Source: a virus. From it: 64,000 bases of DNA. The stretch covers positions 1-64,000 of IMG/VR virus record IMGVR_UViG_3300042558_005069. One strand, given 5' to 3'. Shown here piece by piece: positions 28,793 through 40,500 of the stretch. The notes beneath the pieces are model-generated. The model searched no databases. It saw only the letters and a list, made by a program, of their open reading frames with translations, and had not been told where the DNA came from. The stretch's first letter is position 1, and each line of letters begins with the position of its first letter. The position numbers and the translations under genes are program-made.

Positions 28793-29045
28793 TTCTCGTG
28801 TTCTTTTTTGTGGTCACTATGTGCGCCGCAGCTTCATGTCGATCCGGCATTGCGCGAACCAGTATTGCTAGGTCCACAAGGATGTCCATCAATTCACTGT
28901 CCTTGAGTTCTTGCTCTTCTTCAAACCATGCAAGCAGCTTGCCATTGGCGTACTCGTCCCAGATTATGGCCATTGCTTGAACTGCTGTCGTGCCGAGGTT
29001 GTAGTAGTTCTCCCAGATCAGATCCCGTACCTCTAGGTTGCTCAT
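28779..29045 (-). CDS. Hypothetical protein
   Basis: Internal start MSNLEV after GAAGGGG, overlapping the upstream stop. Confidence 0.6.
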   Translation of the reverse strand: MSNLEVRDLIWENYYNLGTTAVQAMAIIWDEYANGKLLAWFEEEQELKDSELMDILVDLAILVRAMPDRHEAAAHIVTTKKNTRNANG

Positions 29046-29263
29046 TTCCCCTTCTTCCATATGTGTGCATTTCTTGTGTAAACGAGAATATAGGAAATCG
29101 AACCAACTATAAACCCGTAAGTTTTTGTTTGCAACGCAAAAACAATCCAAAGACACTCCATGACTATGAGCCACAGAAATGCTTCCCAGCGTTTTTTCCC
29201 AATAAAGTACATCCCCAGTACTCCCATCCCGGCCAGCAGCCAAGACCACTGAAGTGGTGTCAT
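29042..29263 (-). CDS. Small PnuC-like membrane protein
   Basis: Three hydrophobic segments, W...G..G.Y..G.K.W...W pattern. Confidence 0.6.
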   Translation of the reverse strand: MTPLQWSWLLAGMGVLGMYFIGKKRWEAFLWLIVMECLWIVFALQTKTYGFIVGSISYILVYTRNAHIWKKGK

Positions 29264-29421
29264 TTTTTCTTTTTCTTTATCTTGTACCCATTGAGTTTAA
29301 GTTCTTCTACGATATGTTCAGCTATCCCTTTGTTCAGGCAGATTCCTTTATGAACAAGGGCCTGTGTAATAACGTCAAGTTTTTTGTTTTCATATATTGG
29401 TTGCATTTTGCCTCCTGGTAG

Positions 29422-29495
<74 letters not shown>

Positions 29496-29499
29496 GTAT

Positions 29500-29652
29500 T
29501 TATTTAATTTTGTACTCTTTGTAAAACAACTCAAGTGCTTGTCTAATAACGGAACTTTTAGCAAGTTTCATGTTTTGGGATGCTAGTTCCATCTTTCGAG
29601 CGCTTTCTCCAGAAAGGTAAACAACCAATCTCTCTGATTCTTTCTTACTCAT
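29500..29652 (-). CDS. Ribbon-helix-helix (CopG-like) protein, 50 aa, absent from the ORF track
   Basis: MSKKESERLVVYLSGESARKMELASQNMKLAKSSVIRQALELFYKEYKIK. Confidence 0.6.
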   Translation of the reverse strand: MSKKESERLVVYLSGESARKMELASQNMKLAKSSVIRQALELFYKEYKIK

Positions 29653-29893
29653 CATTTACCTCCTCCGACCCGGTAGAACCCATAAATTTATTAGCAGCTG
29701 GAGTTCCAGGAGGGAAGCGCATCATTGATTTGCTCATGTCGGAGTAGGTAGGCAGGCGTGCTAATTCAAGCTCATGCTCTAGTTCGTGTATCTTCAGTTG
29801 AAGAGCAAGCACGTCTGGATAGTTGTCTATGGAACGTGGACATTCGTTGCACGTGTACTTTCCACCTGTGGTAAATGGTTTCCAATGTTTCAT
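29645..29893 (-). CDS. Hypothetical protein
   Basis: Coupled ORF. Confidence 0.55.
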   Translation of the reverse strand: MKHWKPFTTGGKYTCNECPRSIDNYPDVLALQLKIHELEHELELARLPTYSDMSKSMMRFPPGTPAANKFMGSTGSEEVNDE

Positions 29894-30065
29894 TTGTCAT
29901 ACTTTTCTATTATGTCTTGGATAATTGTATTTTCTTCATGCCTAGTCAATGGTATTCGTTCTGCATGATTGTGCAGTAAGCAGCTTTCGGATTCTCGATA
30001 CCAAGAAATGACATTGGGGATACTGACGTTAATGTTTTTCTTTTTTGATTTTACATTGCTGGTGT

Positions 30066-30305
30066 TCATCTTTTCCCATTCTTGCTTGTAGGAAGACCAT
30101 TGACGCATTTGTGGTTTTTGTACCACATTTCAACATGCCTCCAGTCTGGCCATCTGAAGGATGTTTTATTGCACGATGAGCATTGTCCTTTAAAGTTTCG
30201 ACCTTCGCTTAAATTTATTAAAATTGGTTTATCTACGGTAAAAATTTTAATCTCTGCATTTGTTTGTTTTTGAGAGAATAGTTTAACCATGTCTAGTTCA
30301 GGCAT
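30066..30305 (-). CDS. Hypothetical protein with CxxC...HxC
   Basis: AAAGGA RBS. Confidence 0.55.
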   Translation of the reverse strand: MPELDMVKLFSQKQTNAEIKIFTVDKPILINLSEGRNFKGQCSSCNKTSFRWPDWRHVEMWYKNHKCVNGLPTSKNGKR

Positions 30306-30419
30306 TCATTCTTTCCTTTACGAATTGTTCTTATATCCGAACAAGCCTTTGTAGCAATTCATTATTCCGTTAACTTATAACTATTTGTGCGCTTTTTGAT
30401 GTTCGTTGAACCTTGGCAG

Positions 30420-30492
30420 TGGGCTAGACGGGAATTGAACCCGCGACCACCATTTTATAAGAATGGGGCTCTTACCACTGAGCTACTAGCCC
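30420..30492 (-). tRNA. tRNA-Ile(TAT)
   Basis: Cloverleaf, anticodon arm CCATT-CTTATAA-AATGG. Confidence 0.88.
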
Positions 30493-30499
30493 TAATGGA

Positions 30500-30889
30500 C
30501 TACAGCTCACGTATTCGTTGAATAGTAGACATGAGCTCCGACATATCTGCTTCGACATCTACTGGGATAGAGAGAGAGTTGGCGATCTTTATAAACATTT
30601 TTCTCTTGTTGAAACCGCCAGCTGTATCTATCTTGGAGGAAAACTCTCCATCCTTAAAGAGAAGAAGTGCAGGGATTGACCTAATGTCATATCGTTGTGC
30701 CAGTTCTGGGCTTTCGTCAACATTCAATTCGACAAATTTTAAAATACCAGAAAAATCAACGCTCAATTCGTCCAGTAGCGGTTTTATCATTTTACACGGG
30801 CCACACCAAGGAGCCCAAAAATCAACCAAAACTGGAAGTTCGGATGATTTAATGAATTCGTCAAAAATGTCTGTTGTTATGGATTGCAT
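30500..30889 (-). CDS. trxA: Thioredoxin
   Basis: VDFWAPWCGPC, cis-Pro SIP, FKDG. Confidence 0.95.
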   Translation of the reverse strand: MQSITTDIFDEFIKSSELPVLVDFWAPWCGPCKMIKPLLDELSVDFSGILKFVELNVDESPELAQRYDIRSIPALLLFKDGEFSSKIDTAGGFNKRKMFIKIANSLSIPVDVEADMSELMSTIQRIREL

Positions 30890-30989
30890 TTAATCCTCTT
30901 TTGTCTGTTTTTTTATTTTGATAATATTAGCTTGATCTTAGCAATGGAAATGTTGTATTGCAACAGGATTACTAAATCATCTTCTGTAA

Positions 30990-31793
30990 TTATTTCCCGC
31001 CGTATATGGACCAGTTCCTAAGTCTTCCTGAGCTGTTTTCCATAATCCATTTGGCAACTTTTAGATTGCAGTCAACTTTAAGCAAAGCCTCAAGATCCCG
31101 ACGAAATGAACCCGTGTCAACTTTGCAGACTTCACGAACAATTCTAACCCATGACGAGTTTATTTGCACTAATCCGCTGTCCCATGTTCCGTTGTTATTA
31201 AGCGTGTAGGTCAGTTGACCTTTGCTGTTCCAACGAGCATTAACTGCTTTTGGGTTACATTTACTTTCTCTGTAGGCAATGTACGAGAACACCTCCACGG
31301 GGAGTCCGTATTCCTCGAACTTTGCTTCCCATTTTGGGCAGCGTAAAGTCTTATCGCTAGGGAAACGTGGACCCGTTGATGTTTTGTACACAACTGCTGG
31401 AACATGCTTGATAGACATGTCACGGGTAGACAAAGCATATATATGAGCATTTCGTGTCTTCGATCCGTAGTACCCGTCTACTTTCACGTTCCAAAGCAGA
31501 ATCTGAAGGTTTCTTACGGATTCGCTACGTTCGCCAAACCTGTACGTCTTCCTAAGCGCTGCCTGTATTTTCGCTTCTCTTGTTTGCGTTTCGAGGCTCG
31601 CAGGGGAAGCTGGTTTAGCTTTAAAGGAAACATCACTGGATGGTGTGAGCGCTGGTACGCTCATCACCGCCTTCCCGCTTTGAGTTGTTGCCGAAACGCT
31701 CGGCGTGGCAACTCCAAGTACTAGTGCGGATAATGCGGTGGCCCATACTGTGGTTTGTTTCAATGTTTTTCCTAACGTCGGCGGATATGACAA
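30990..31793 (-). CDS. Secreted lytic transglycosylase-like protein with peptidoglycan-binding domain
   Basis: Signal peptide; G..SE.V..LQ..L...VDGYYG..T; IAYRES.CNP and DSGLVQIN. Confidence 0.75.
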   Translation of the reverse strand: MSYPPTLGKTLKQTTVWATALSALVLGVATPSVSATTQSGKAVMSVPALTPSSDVSFKAKPASPASLETQTREAKIQAALRKTYRFGERSESVRNLQILLWNVKVDGYYGSKTRNAHIYALSTRDMSIKHVPAVVYKTSTGPRFPSDKTLRCPKWEAKFEEYGLPVEVFSYIAYRESKCNPKAVNARWNSKGQLTYTLNNNGTWDSGLVQINSSWVRIVREVCKVDTGSFRRDLEALLKVDCNLKVAKWIMENSSGRLRNWSIYGGK

Positions 31794-31944
31794 TAAGCTT
31801 TTAGTAATAAGCTGATTTATTTATTGTGAGAACCCCCGCCAAGGGGTTGATCAATTATATCAAATATCAAGCGTTTGGCAACTTGAAGAACTTTTTTTGT
31901 GAAAAATCACAACATTCTCCTTATTTTAAGCCATTTCGTAAAAA

Positions 31945-32205
31945 TTATTTTTCAGGGTCAATCACCATTCCAGTAAAATATTCGGTTGGATCGTAGAGTT
32001 TGACAGAGGCCACAATTCGCTCAGGAGAGCTTTGCTCGATATCAAATTCTATTCCCATTGTCTCCATCATGTCGTCAACTATATCCTCAACGGCTCTTCT
32101 TGCATCGGGATTATCATATTCATTGAAAAAGGTAATCGCTTCTGTCATCTTGTCTGACAGTAGTAATCGTAAATCTGCTGATGATGTTTTGTCCATGGTT
32201 GACAT
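31945..32205 (-). CDS. Hypothetical acidic protein
   Basis: 86-aa ORF. Confidence 0.55.
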   Translation of the reverse strand: MSTMDKTSSADLRLLLSDKMTEAITFFNEYDNPDARRAVEDIVDDMMETMGIEFDIEQSSPERIVASVKLYDPTEYFTGMVIDPEK

Positions 32206-32253
32206 CCTAGTACATCGTGTGTATGATTACTTCCTACGTAAACATTTAAGGAG

Positions 32254-32763
32254 ATGGAAATAATGAACTTAGCACCAATAACATTAATTGGGAACTTGAC
32301 TAGTGACCCAGAAATCACATTTACAAGCTCTGGGCAGGCACGTCTGGCTTTCTCGGTAGCAGTAAACCACATCTGGTACGACCAAAATCAGGAAAAGCAA
32401 GAGAAGCCTAGCTATTTTAACGTTGTTGCGTGGCGATACCTTGCAGACAACTCTGCTAGAACCTTGGAAAAAGGAATTGGAGTCGTAATTGTCGGCCGTT
32501 TGGAACAGCGTTCCTATGACGACAAAGAAGGCAATAAGCGCTCAGTTGTTGAGGTTATCGCAGAAGAAATAGGCATCGCAACAAAATCACTAGAGACCGT
32601 TACTCGGCGTACGGCAAAGGCTGGGGAAGGTGGTTCGCCACAAGGTGGTTCACCACGGTCAGCACAGCAGGGATCGGCGCAACGTCGTCAACGTCCAGCG
32701 ATGTCCGGGGTTGCTTCTCTCATAAAGACTGAAGAAGAAGTACCGAGCGGTGATCCGTTTTAG
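32254..32763 (+). CDS. ssb: Single-stranded DNA-binding protein
   Basis: IGNLTSDPE, FSVAVN, GRLEQRSY, acidic C-terminal DPF. Confidence 0.95.
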   Translation: MEIMNLAPITLIGNLTSDPEITFTSSGQARLAFSVAVNHIWYDQNQEKQEKPSYFNVVAWRYLADNSARTLEKGIGVVIVGRLEQRSYDDKEGNKRSVVEVIAEEIGIATKSLETVTRRTAKAGEGGSPQGGSPRSAQQGSAQRRQRPAMSGVASLIKTEEEVPSGDPF

Positions 32764-32785
32764 TAATAAATAAAATTTAAATATT

Positions 32786-32831
32786 AAAACGCTCGTCGTC
32801 TGTCCGAATCGTCAGATGACGAGCGTTTTTT
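32786..32831. terminator. Bidirectional-type terminator
   Basis: AAAACGCTCGTCGTCTG...CAGATGACGAGCGTTTTTT. Confidence 0.75.
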
Positions 32832-32931
32832 ATTGTGTAAAAATATTTTTGAAAGGTTGTTATTTTAAAATCTGTGTTGGTAATATTCACTTGTACTTAC
32901 ACCTTCAATACTAAAATGCTAAGGAGAAAAA

Positions 32932-33207
32932 ATGACAGAGTACAGTAAACTCAAAGAAAAAGGAATGGGCAGGGGAAGGCCGAAACACACCGCAGAACAA
33001 AAGGCGGCTGCGGAAATAAAAAATCGCGCAAGAACCGAATCTCGCCGTCGTGCCGTTCTGGTGCTAGTGGATAGGCACAGGGAAGAATTTCAAGATATTT
33101 CAGATGTTGAATTCTTGGCTTGCGTTAAAGAAATCGAGGCCGCTATGAACAAAGGGCAGCAAGCGAGCGCTTCGCCAAAAAAGTCCAGCAAGAGTACGCG
33201 CAAATAA
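32932..33207 (+). CDS. Basic hypothetical protein with AT-hook-like GRGRPK
   Basis: AAGGAG RBS. Confidence 0.7.
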   Translation: MTEYSKLKEKGMGRGRPKHTAEQKAAAEIKNRARTESRRRAVLVLVDRHREEFQDISDVEFLACVKEIEAAMNKGQQASASPKKSSKSTRK

Positions 33208-33223
33208 CTAAAACAATCTAAAT

Positions 33224-33412
33224 CTATTCATTAATTGGCGGGGTCCCTATTTGGGTCTCGCCAATTTTTGCATCTAGTTGCCCTATGAGTTCATTCATGA
33301 CAAGTATTGCATCAAGTTGTTTTTCGAAGTCACGACGTTGCTTTGCATGAATTTTATTAATATCTTCAAGTTGATCTTCCATTGGCTTGCTGTCGTCCAT
33401 TGGCATAGGCAT
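33224..33412 (-). CDS. Small hypothetical protein
   Basis: Coupled ORF. Confidence 0.5.
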   Translation of the reverse strand: MPMPMDDSKPMEDQLEDINKIHAKQRRDFEKQLDAILVMNELIGQLDAKIGETQIGTPPINE

Positions 33413-33603
33413 TATATTTGGTCCCTTTGTTTAATTATTTTTTTACCGTTTTTTTTATGCGTTTTTGACTTTGATCTTCCGTACTCTATTTCTAGCCAAT
33501 CATCGAAATCTTCATATGCTCCAGGGGAGGTTTTAATGTATCGCTCATACTCTGCAAGAAGTTCGATATATTCTTCGTCTGTTTCGTCGAAATAGCTTCC
33601 CAC
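33412..33603 (-). CDS. Small hypothetical protein
   Basis: GAGGA RBS, coupled. Confidence 0.55.
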   Translation of the reverse strand: MGSYFDETDEEYIELLAEYERYIKTSPGAYEDFDDWLEIEYGRSKSKTHKKNGKKIIKQRDQI

Positions 33604-33605
33604 TT

Positions 33606-34100
33606 TTATTTCCTCACACTCCTTGAAGCCGACTCTGCAGCTCTTGTATTCTTTATGAATTGAGCTCCGGATCTACTCCCGAGAAGTTTTTTTCTATTTG
33701 TTGCTCGACGCTGAGCAGGAGTAAGGCGGCTCCAGGCTTTTGCTGGTAAATATCTTCTCGTTCCGCCCTTGCGAATAGCTGGCTTCCCGTCGCTTGTCGT
33801 CCATTTTTCTCGAGTCCATTTTTTCAATGATCGTTGAGTTTTCTTAACTCCACCCCTGTACCCGCCACCAGCTTTTCTGTACTCAATCGCTACAAGTTGA
33901 GCTTTTCTGGCTGACCACTGCCCAGGCTTCCCACCTTTAGACCCGGCCATAATGCGCTTCTTGATTCTTTCTCGCACTTCTGGTTTCGTATAAGACATTT
34001 TTGCAGACTTGACAATAAAATCCGGAGCATTATTTATAAAATCCGATGCTGACTGATCTACCCATGCTGGAGCATTCTCTGTCTGTGTTGTTTCACGCAC
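33606..34100 (-). CDS. DUF5872-like basic protein
   Basis: YTKP..RERIK...GSKGG.PGQWSARKAQL...GGGY, KWT.EKW, RYLP; GTG start at 34100 preferred. Confidence 0.7.
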   Translation of the reverse strand: MRETTQTENAPAWVDQSASDFINNAPDFIVKSAKMSYTKPEVRERIKKRIMAGSKGGKPGQWSARKAQLVAIEYRKAGGGYRGGVKKTQRSLKKWTREKWTTSDGKPAIRKGGTRRYLPAKAWSRLTPAQRRATNRKKLLGSRSGAQFIKNTRAAESASRSVRK

Positions 34101-34101
34101 T

Positions 34102-34350
34102 TTAGTTATCCTTTGATTTTTTTTCAAGTCGCTTAACTTCCGTATCCATAATGCTTCTGATGGATATAGGAAGAGCTTTGTACCAAACGTAATTTCGTTG
34201 TATCCTTTTAATTGACTCAAGCCTGGATTTTCCATTTTTAGGAATATTCATAATTTTTTGCAGAGAGTCCCAAGTCACGTCTCCTGGAATGTCAAGACCC
34301 CGATACTTGATCCAGTCTGAATTTTGTGGATTATTGTCTATGTTTATCAT
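34102..34350 (-). CDS. Hypothetical protein
   Basis: Operonic ORF. Confidence 0.55.
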   Translation of the reverse strand: MINIDNNPQNSDWIKYRGLDIPGDVTWDSLQKIMNIPKNGKSRLESIKRIQRNYVWYKALPISIRSIMDTEVKRLEKKSKDN

Positions 34351-34372
34351 ATAAATCTACAATCAGTTTACT

Positions 34373-34573
34373 CTAGTTTTTTACCGTGTTTTGCCAATCT
34401 GGTTCAATTAAGTCCCAGTTTGAGCGCATCAGTACATCGTCCATATCTACACTAATTTTTTTTCCATTCCCAAAGATTATGTGCCCAAATCTTTTCTTAC
34501 CAAAAACTGTATCGATTGTTTTATCGTAGTAAAGAGTATCTTTTCCTCTTTTGGCCACTAGGAGATTATTCAT
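34373..34573 (-). CDS. Hypothetical protein
   Basis: AAAGGA RBS. Confidence 0.6.
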   Translation of the reverse strand: MNNLLVAKRGKDTLYYDKTIDTVFGKKRFGHIIFGNGKKISVDMDDVLMRSNWDLIEPDWQNTVKN

Positions 34574-34592
34574 TGTCGTCCTTTATTTGTTT

Positions 34593-37500
34593 TTACTCTA
34601 AAAAATTAGATTCGTCAATGTAGACGACTCCACTATTGTAATCTTGATCACTCAATGATATTTCCTCTTCAAATCTACGAACTGGCACCCCGAGTTTCTC
34701 TTGCATTTCAAGCTGTTGTTCTGCGGAAATCTCATCATCATCGCGCAGTAAGATGTAAGCAATGTCGTCTTTTGTAACCCCGCTTTTACCATTCCCTGGG
34801 TGAACTTGGGCCTCTATGTAGTCAACTGCTGTTTTAATTTCTCCACCAAATATGTCATCATCTAAGTCTATGTACTGATCAGACATTGCCCTCATTCCAA
34901 ATCCTGGAGCATTGAATGATGACGCAGATGCCATTGTCGAAAGTGAGTCAACCTCAGAAACGGTAGATCTAGAATTTACGCTCGGCTTAAGAACTACAAG
35001 GAACTGCCCATACCCTAAGCCTATGTCCTCCATCTCTTCACCTATTCCTCCGTAGGTTGCGAAACCGTATATCGGACGCAGGCGAGGCTCCATCGATGGA
35101 TGATAGCCGAACATCGATACTTCTTGAGCAGCCCTGTAGCCAGGGTCGTATGCACCATTTGATCTTCCTGCTTCAAATTGAGAAAGTATTCTTCGATCGT
35201 CTCCAGTGCCATCAAAAATTTCTTCTAGCGCGTCCATGTCAAGAGCAATGACCACTCTGTCCTCTTTGAATGGACCTCGGCGCATTGTTCCGAATGTTTT
35301 AGGAACAAAATCAGAATCTGTTAGCTGGAAGTAATAATCTGTAAGTCTTCTAGTCTGATTTATCATTTTTTCGATTAGTGACGATACTGTAACTCCCAAT
35401 TCTTTAGCTTCTCTTTCTGCCCATAGCGTGCGCGTTGCAATAGTTGTTGCACGCTGGAGTAGTCCATTGGCAATGATGTCAGCTTCAAATTCGCGCAAGT
35501 CTGAATACTTTCTTTGCAATATTTCAAGCATTTTAATTTTAGATATCAATAACTGGCGCCTGACTTCACCAGTTATATCTGGAGTCCGAACGGAGGCATA
35601 AGGGTGTATTTGATTGTATTTGAAGTAAAATTTAAAATCTTTATTATTCAACAGTTCATCGATTAGTTCACCCATGGATTCGCCTATCTCCGGGTCTATT
35701 GTCTCGTTGAGTAGCCAAGAAAGTGGTCTTCCTTCGTTTTTTGCCACCTCTAAAGAATTTGTTGGTTTTCTGAAATCAGCATCTACTGATTTCTTACCTT
35801 CTTCAAGACCTAATCCAGCAATCACTCTTGCATTTGTATTCTTTATATGACTGTATATTTCACCAGATTTAAATCGGTTACGCCCAGTGTTTTCTCGTTT
35901 CCCACTGCCTGAATACTCATCGCTACCGCTAGATAGTCTTGCTTCTGGAAGGTCGTATGTTCCCCAGTCAACGTCTCCTGATATGAATTTTCTTTCAATT
36001 TCGGCAAACTTGTCTGATAGCGCAGAGGGCCCATTGGGAAGTTCATGTATCTGAGTAACAATTGCTTTTCTTTTTTTGCCGAGGGTTACGATCTCGGACT
36101 CATTTAGGCACCCCATGCCGGTAAATGGGTTGGCTAGAATTTCCTCTATGGGAATATAGGTGAAATATATGTGTGGAACTTCTTCTTCTACTCCGGCCAT
36201 GCGTAAATCTGCAAAATCAAAAGCCGTATTTCGGTTAGTGGACCAAGATGAAATCGGTCTACTTTCAATCGAAGCCTCGAATAAGAGTGGTTCATTAGTT
36301 TCTGGAATTTTCGTTATTCTTCTAGAATCGTAACCGGATTGTTCTACTGTCATAAGTGATCCACGATAAGCCGGGACATGTGTGATGCCTTTTGACTTAT
36401 AGTATTCCTGCGTTGACTGATACATCGATGAAATAAACTCTTGCAATACTTGCGCTTGAGAAGGGGTCAACTCTGGCGCAGAATCATATTTTTGTGATCC
36501 GTTTGAGATGATGTCTTCTTCTGCCAAGGTACGAAGAAATCCAGGCTTACTTAACGATAAAGCAGAAGATTGAAAAAGATCGGCCGTGGTTGCTGAAGGC
36601 TTTACTTGCCATCCTACCGCTTCATCCAGAGAGAACATCCCCCTTGCTACATGCTGTATTGCTAAAGACACTGGGTTTTCGTCATTTGCTGATATTGACC
36701 ATGAACGAATTAGTTCGGAAACAATTTGTTCCTTTAGTATATTTTCAAAATCAGAACTATCTTTTGAAATAATGTCTTGACCGAAGTAGCTCTTTATGAA
36801 AGTTTCTTGGTCAATAAACCCCGACAAATAATACCTATTTTCAGAAAGCGGGAACGGGGTCCCCTTCAACGGCAGTTCCCCATCGACGAATGCTTCCCAG
36901 AATTGATCAGCTTTGATTTTTCCGGTTTTCACGTATTGGTAAAAACCTAAATTTAACGCACTTGTGAAGTTTGTATTGTACATGAGTGAACTAAGCTGCT
37001 CAAAAAACTTAGGAAATTTTTCGTAGTTTTCTACAATCGAATCCATTAACTTAACGTCAACTTCTTCAGGATTGCCAGAAATTGTAGAATAAATTTTTGT
37101 CATTGCTTCCGTTTGAAAGTCAAAATAAAACTTTTTATTTTCCCAGTAGTTTATTGTTTCTAGTTTAGACACAACACTGTAGATCTCTTCGTCTACCCTG
37201 TTTCTGTATTCGTCTTCGCCCATATCTATAATTGGCTGAACAAATATTTCATGCAGCTCTTTTCTTTTTTCTAGGGTCAGATCTGTTACTTCGTCTACTC
37301 TTGTTTTCTCATTAAATATTTGTCCATCGGTGATATTCAACAAGAATTTGCCTGTTCCGCCATCTTCTACGTCAACCAGTATCTCAACTACTCTCTGAAA
37401 AGAGTCACCGTCCGTGATGAAGGGGAGTCTATCAAAATCTCTTGGATCATCAGAAAGAAAGTTTTGAATTACTGGCTTAGCTCTTCCTTTTTCAACAAAA

Positions 37501-40500
37501 GCGTCCACAATTTCACGCAATGAAACGTTCATTTGTCGAGAAATGTTTTTAGCTATAAAAGATTTTGCTCGAGACGCTGGACTAACTGCCATATCCATGT
37601 CTTGTTGTCTTGTAATTTTATGGATGTCGTCTAGCAAGTCTGAGTTTATGTCCCAAGTCGAAGCAGTAACTTGCCCATTATTTGTTTTTTGTGCTTTTAG
37701 CTTAGGAGATGCTCCTGGCTTGAAGAAAATCTGCCCATTATCGTCTTCGACCATGTATTTTGATTTCTTAGCCTCTTCCCCTGAAGAGAAACTGTCGCTT
37801 ATTTTTTCGAGGACTACGACATCTCGATCCATCATTCTTTTGCTGTATGGATTTTTTATTTGTCGTTTTTCAATCCCTGATACCTTGAACTTCCCTGAAA
37901 CAATGCCTTCCACAATCCCGTAATTTCCACCTTCGGCGCTTGGCTTGCCTCTTGCTGACAATCCTTGCTCGTCGAAAAAAATTCCTCTTGTATCATCGGG
38001 GAATTCAAATATAAACTTTTCAGGAATTGAACGAATAGCTGACAATTCATCGTACTCATATTTGATGGCGTCATTTATCCCGGAAGCAACAGCTGCTGCT
38101 CTAAAATTCAGTTCTTCTCCAATATTTACTACTGACCCAACATCGGGAGTCAGTCTTGCCACCCTGTATGTCCTGTGGCCGATAGGAGGGGCAGACTCAA
38201 GACCATTCCTGATTATCTCAGCAGCTCGATAAAGGGCGGCGTCTTCGGGTACATTCTCTAGATTTTCGACCTCACCAGCTAGATGTCGACTAATCTTCCT
38301 ACTTTCAGCAAAGCTACTGCGCCACAAATTGAGAGTATCTCCCAATTCGGTATCACTCGGTACAATGCCAGGATGCCAGTGTGAGCGAATTAAGAAATTG
38401 CTCATCCTGTTTCTGTCGTTCAGCTTGTCAAGGGCATCTGAAGAACTGTCCAACTCTCCGCTTGTCGGCACGTATCTATACTGATTGCCATATCCAGACT
38501 CTTTTCTAAAATGCATATTTGGGAATCTTGCGATCATCACACTCATTGGGAATTCGTCTTTGAACCATGCTTCTGGAATAGAGATGCGTTCCGGGCCAGT
38601 TCCGGCAGATCTAATTTGGCTTCGGGCTGAGTCGGGATCTACAATTTCGTTTATGTTCGACAATATCTCGCCACCAGAAAAAAAAGCAGTTTGACCGGAC
38701 TCGTCAACTGGGGTTGAATAATCGTTTCTAGATGTTGAAAATCTGTCATTATTTGCAATTCTTAGAATTGCGTTTTCGCTCAATAGGTAAAGAAGCGTAT
38801 CTTGCTGTAATCGATCGTCTTCTCCGATTCTGAATATATCTTTTATTTTAGGGTCAGATGTGAAAGCCGTTATACTTTCTAACTTTAATTGCGTGCTTCC
38901 AGAGTGCGGTCTTGAATCAACTCTTAGATCAAAAGCAATGTCGCGCATTTTTAGATCTATATTTTCCTTTGATCCATCTTCCCCACCGGGGAGTATCGGC
39001 GTTACGTATTTTGAGTTACCGGTCGCTTGTACTCCTGCTTCCCCGAGAGCTTCGTTTACAAGTCTTTGTCGCTCTTTCATAGTTTCGGCAAAAGCTGATT
39101 CCCAAACTTGTTGCTGTTCTGGAGTCCACTCATATTGGAGACCTTCAGGTTTTTCAACCTTAGAGTAGTCGGCTACGGCTGGTAGCTCGATTACGCGATA
39201 GGTGCCTGCTGAAAATAAAATTCCATCTTCGGGTGGGGGCGTTAAGTAGCTGTCGACGACATACAGGTTCTCTAGAGACCCGGGATTATCCTCGTTTACT
39301 TTTTTCATCTGACTTACGATTGCATAACTTTTTCCCTGTGCGCTGGGCCTGTACAGATGACCTTGAACAAGGTGATTTAATGAAAAATGGACACTGTGCC
39401 TATTCGTCCTTAGTGGCTCCCCGGTATATGGGTTTATTACGACTTGTTGAGTATCTTGATTTACTACATCGTAATCGCCATTTGGGTAAATTCTTAAATT
39501 TCCATCTTTGTCAATTTGTGGCTTATGAACAGTTTCATGGACCAGGAATAAGTCATCAAATTTTAGTATCCGAGTTTTGGACTCATATTGATCTTTTTCA
39601 GTGGTAACCATGATATCGCCTGCGCGGTAGTTATTTACCCACCATGCATCGTCTCTATCTTCCGGTCTTACTCCTCCAAGGGAATACCTAGGGCTTGAAC
39701 TGAAGAAATTTTCTCTTCTGTCTGTGAATATTTTTTCAGCAACGGCACTCAGTCTTTCAAGTTCTGCTAAGGCATCCCTGTCTCCACGGGCCGCAGCATA
39801 CAGTAAGGCTGATGTTCTTGATTCCCGAGAACGGTCTTCATCTACTTGCGCAACTGTGGCCATAAACCAAAGACGAGCGAATTCTCGCCCCTCCTTTGAC
39901 TTTGGTGAGGTATTGGAAATGACATATGGGTTCACTGGGAGTCGAAGCACACCTGGGGCATCAATTGAATCTCTTGTGAATGCTATTTGTTTTCCATTTA
40001 TGTCGTGAACTGGAACAAGTGTATCTGTCGTTTCGTTTCTGTCAGGCCTTGCGTATATCTTTCCTTTTACTTCTGCCACTGGATCTTTGGATACAGTTCC
40101 TATTCTGTCGATATCGTTTGCCCCAGAGGAGAGCCGCATGCGTTGTTCTCTAAATGAATTGCGTTGTCTAGTTGAAACCCCAGACCTCTTTGAAGGTCTT
40201 CTTAGAACTATCCTATCCCGTGGGCCAAGATAAACCCCACCCACTGTTCTGCCGGTAATTTCATCTATTCTTCTATCCGATCCGCTTGCAAAATTTCTTC
40301 TTTCCGCGCTGCCTTCTTCGTATTCGTCATGGGTTATAAAGCGGTCGGATGTATTTGCAATTCTTGCTCGATGATTGTCCGACAATACTGCCCAACTAAT
40401 AGGGTCGACAATTAAATTCCTCAATTTGTCTTCGTCGTCTGTGACTTTCTCTATGTCATGGGAGTTTGAGTTGAAATGTCCCCTGGCAGTGACCATTAAT

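Noticed and set aside
33606-34235. 209-aa version of the DUF5872-like ORF
   Set aside because: Overlaps ORF 34102..34350 by about 130 nt; GTG 34100 directly follows that stop.
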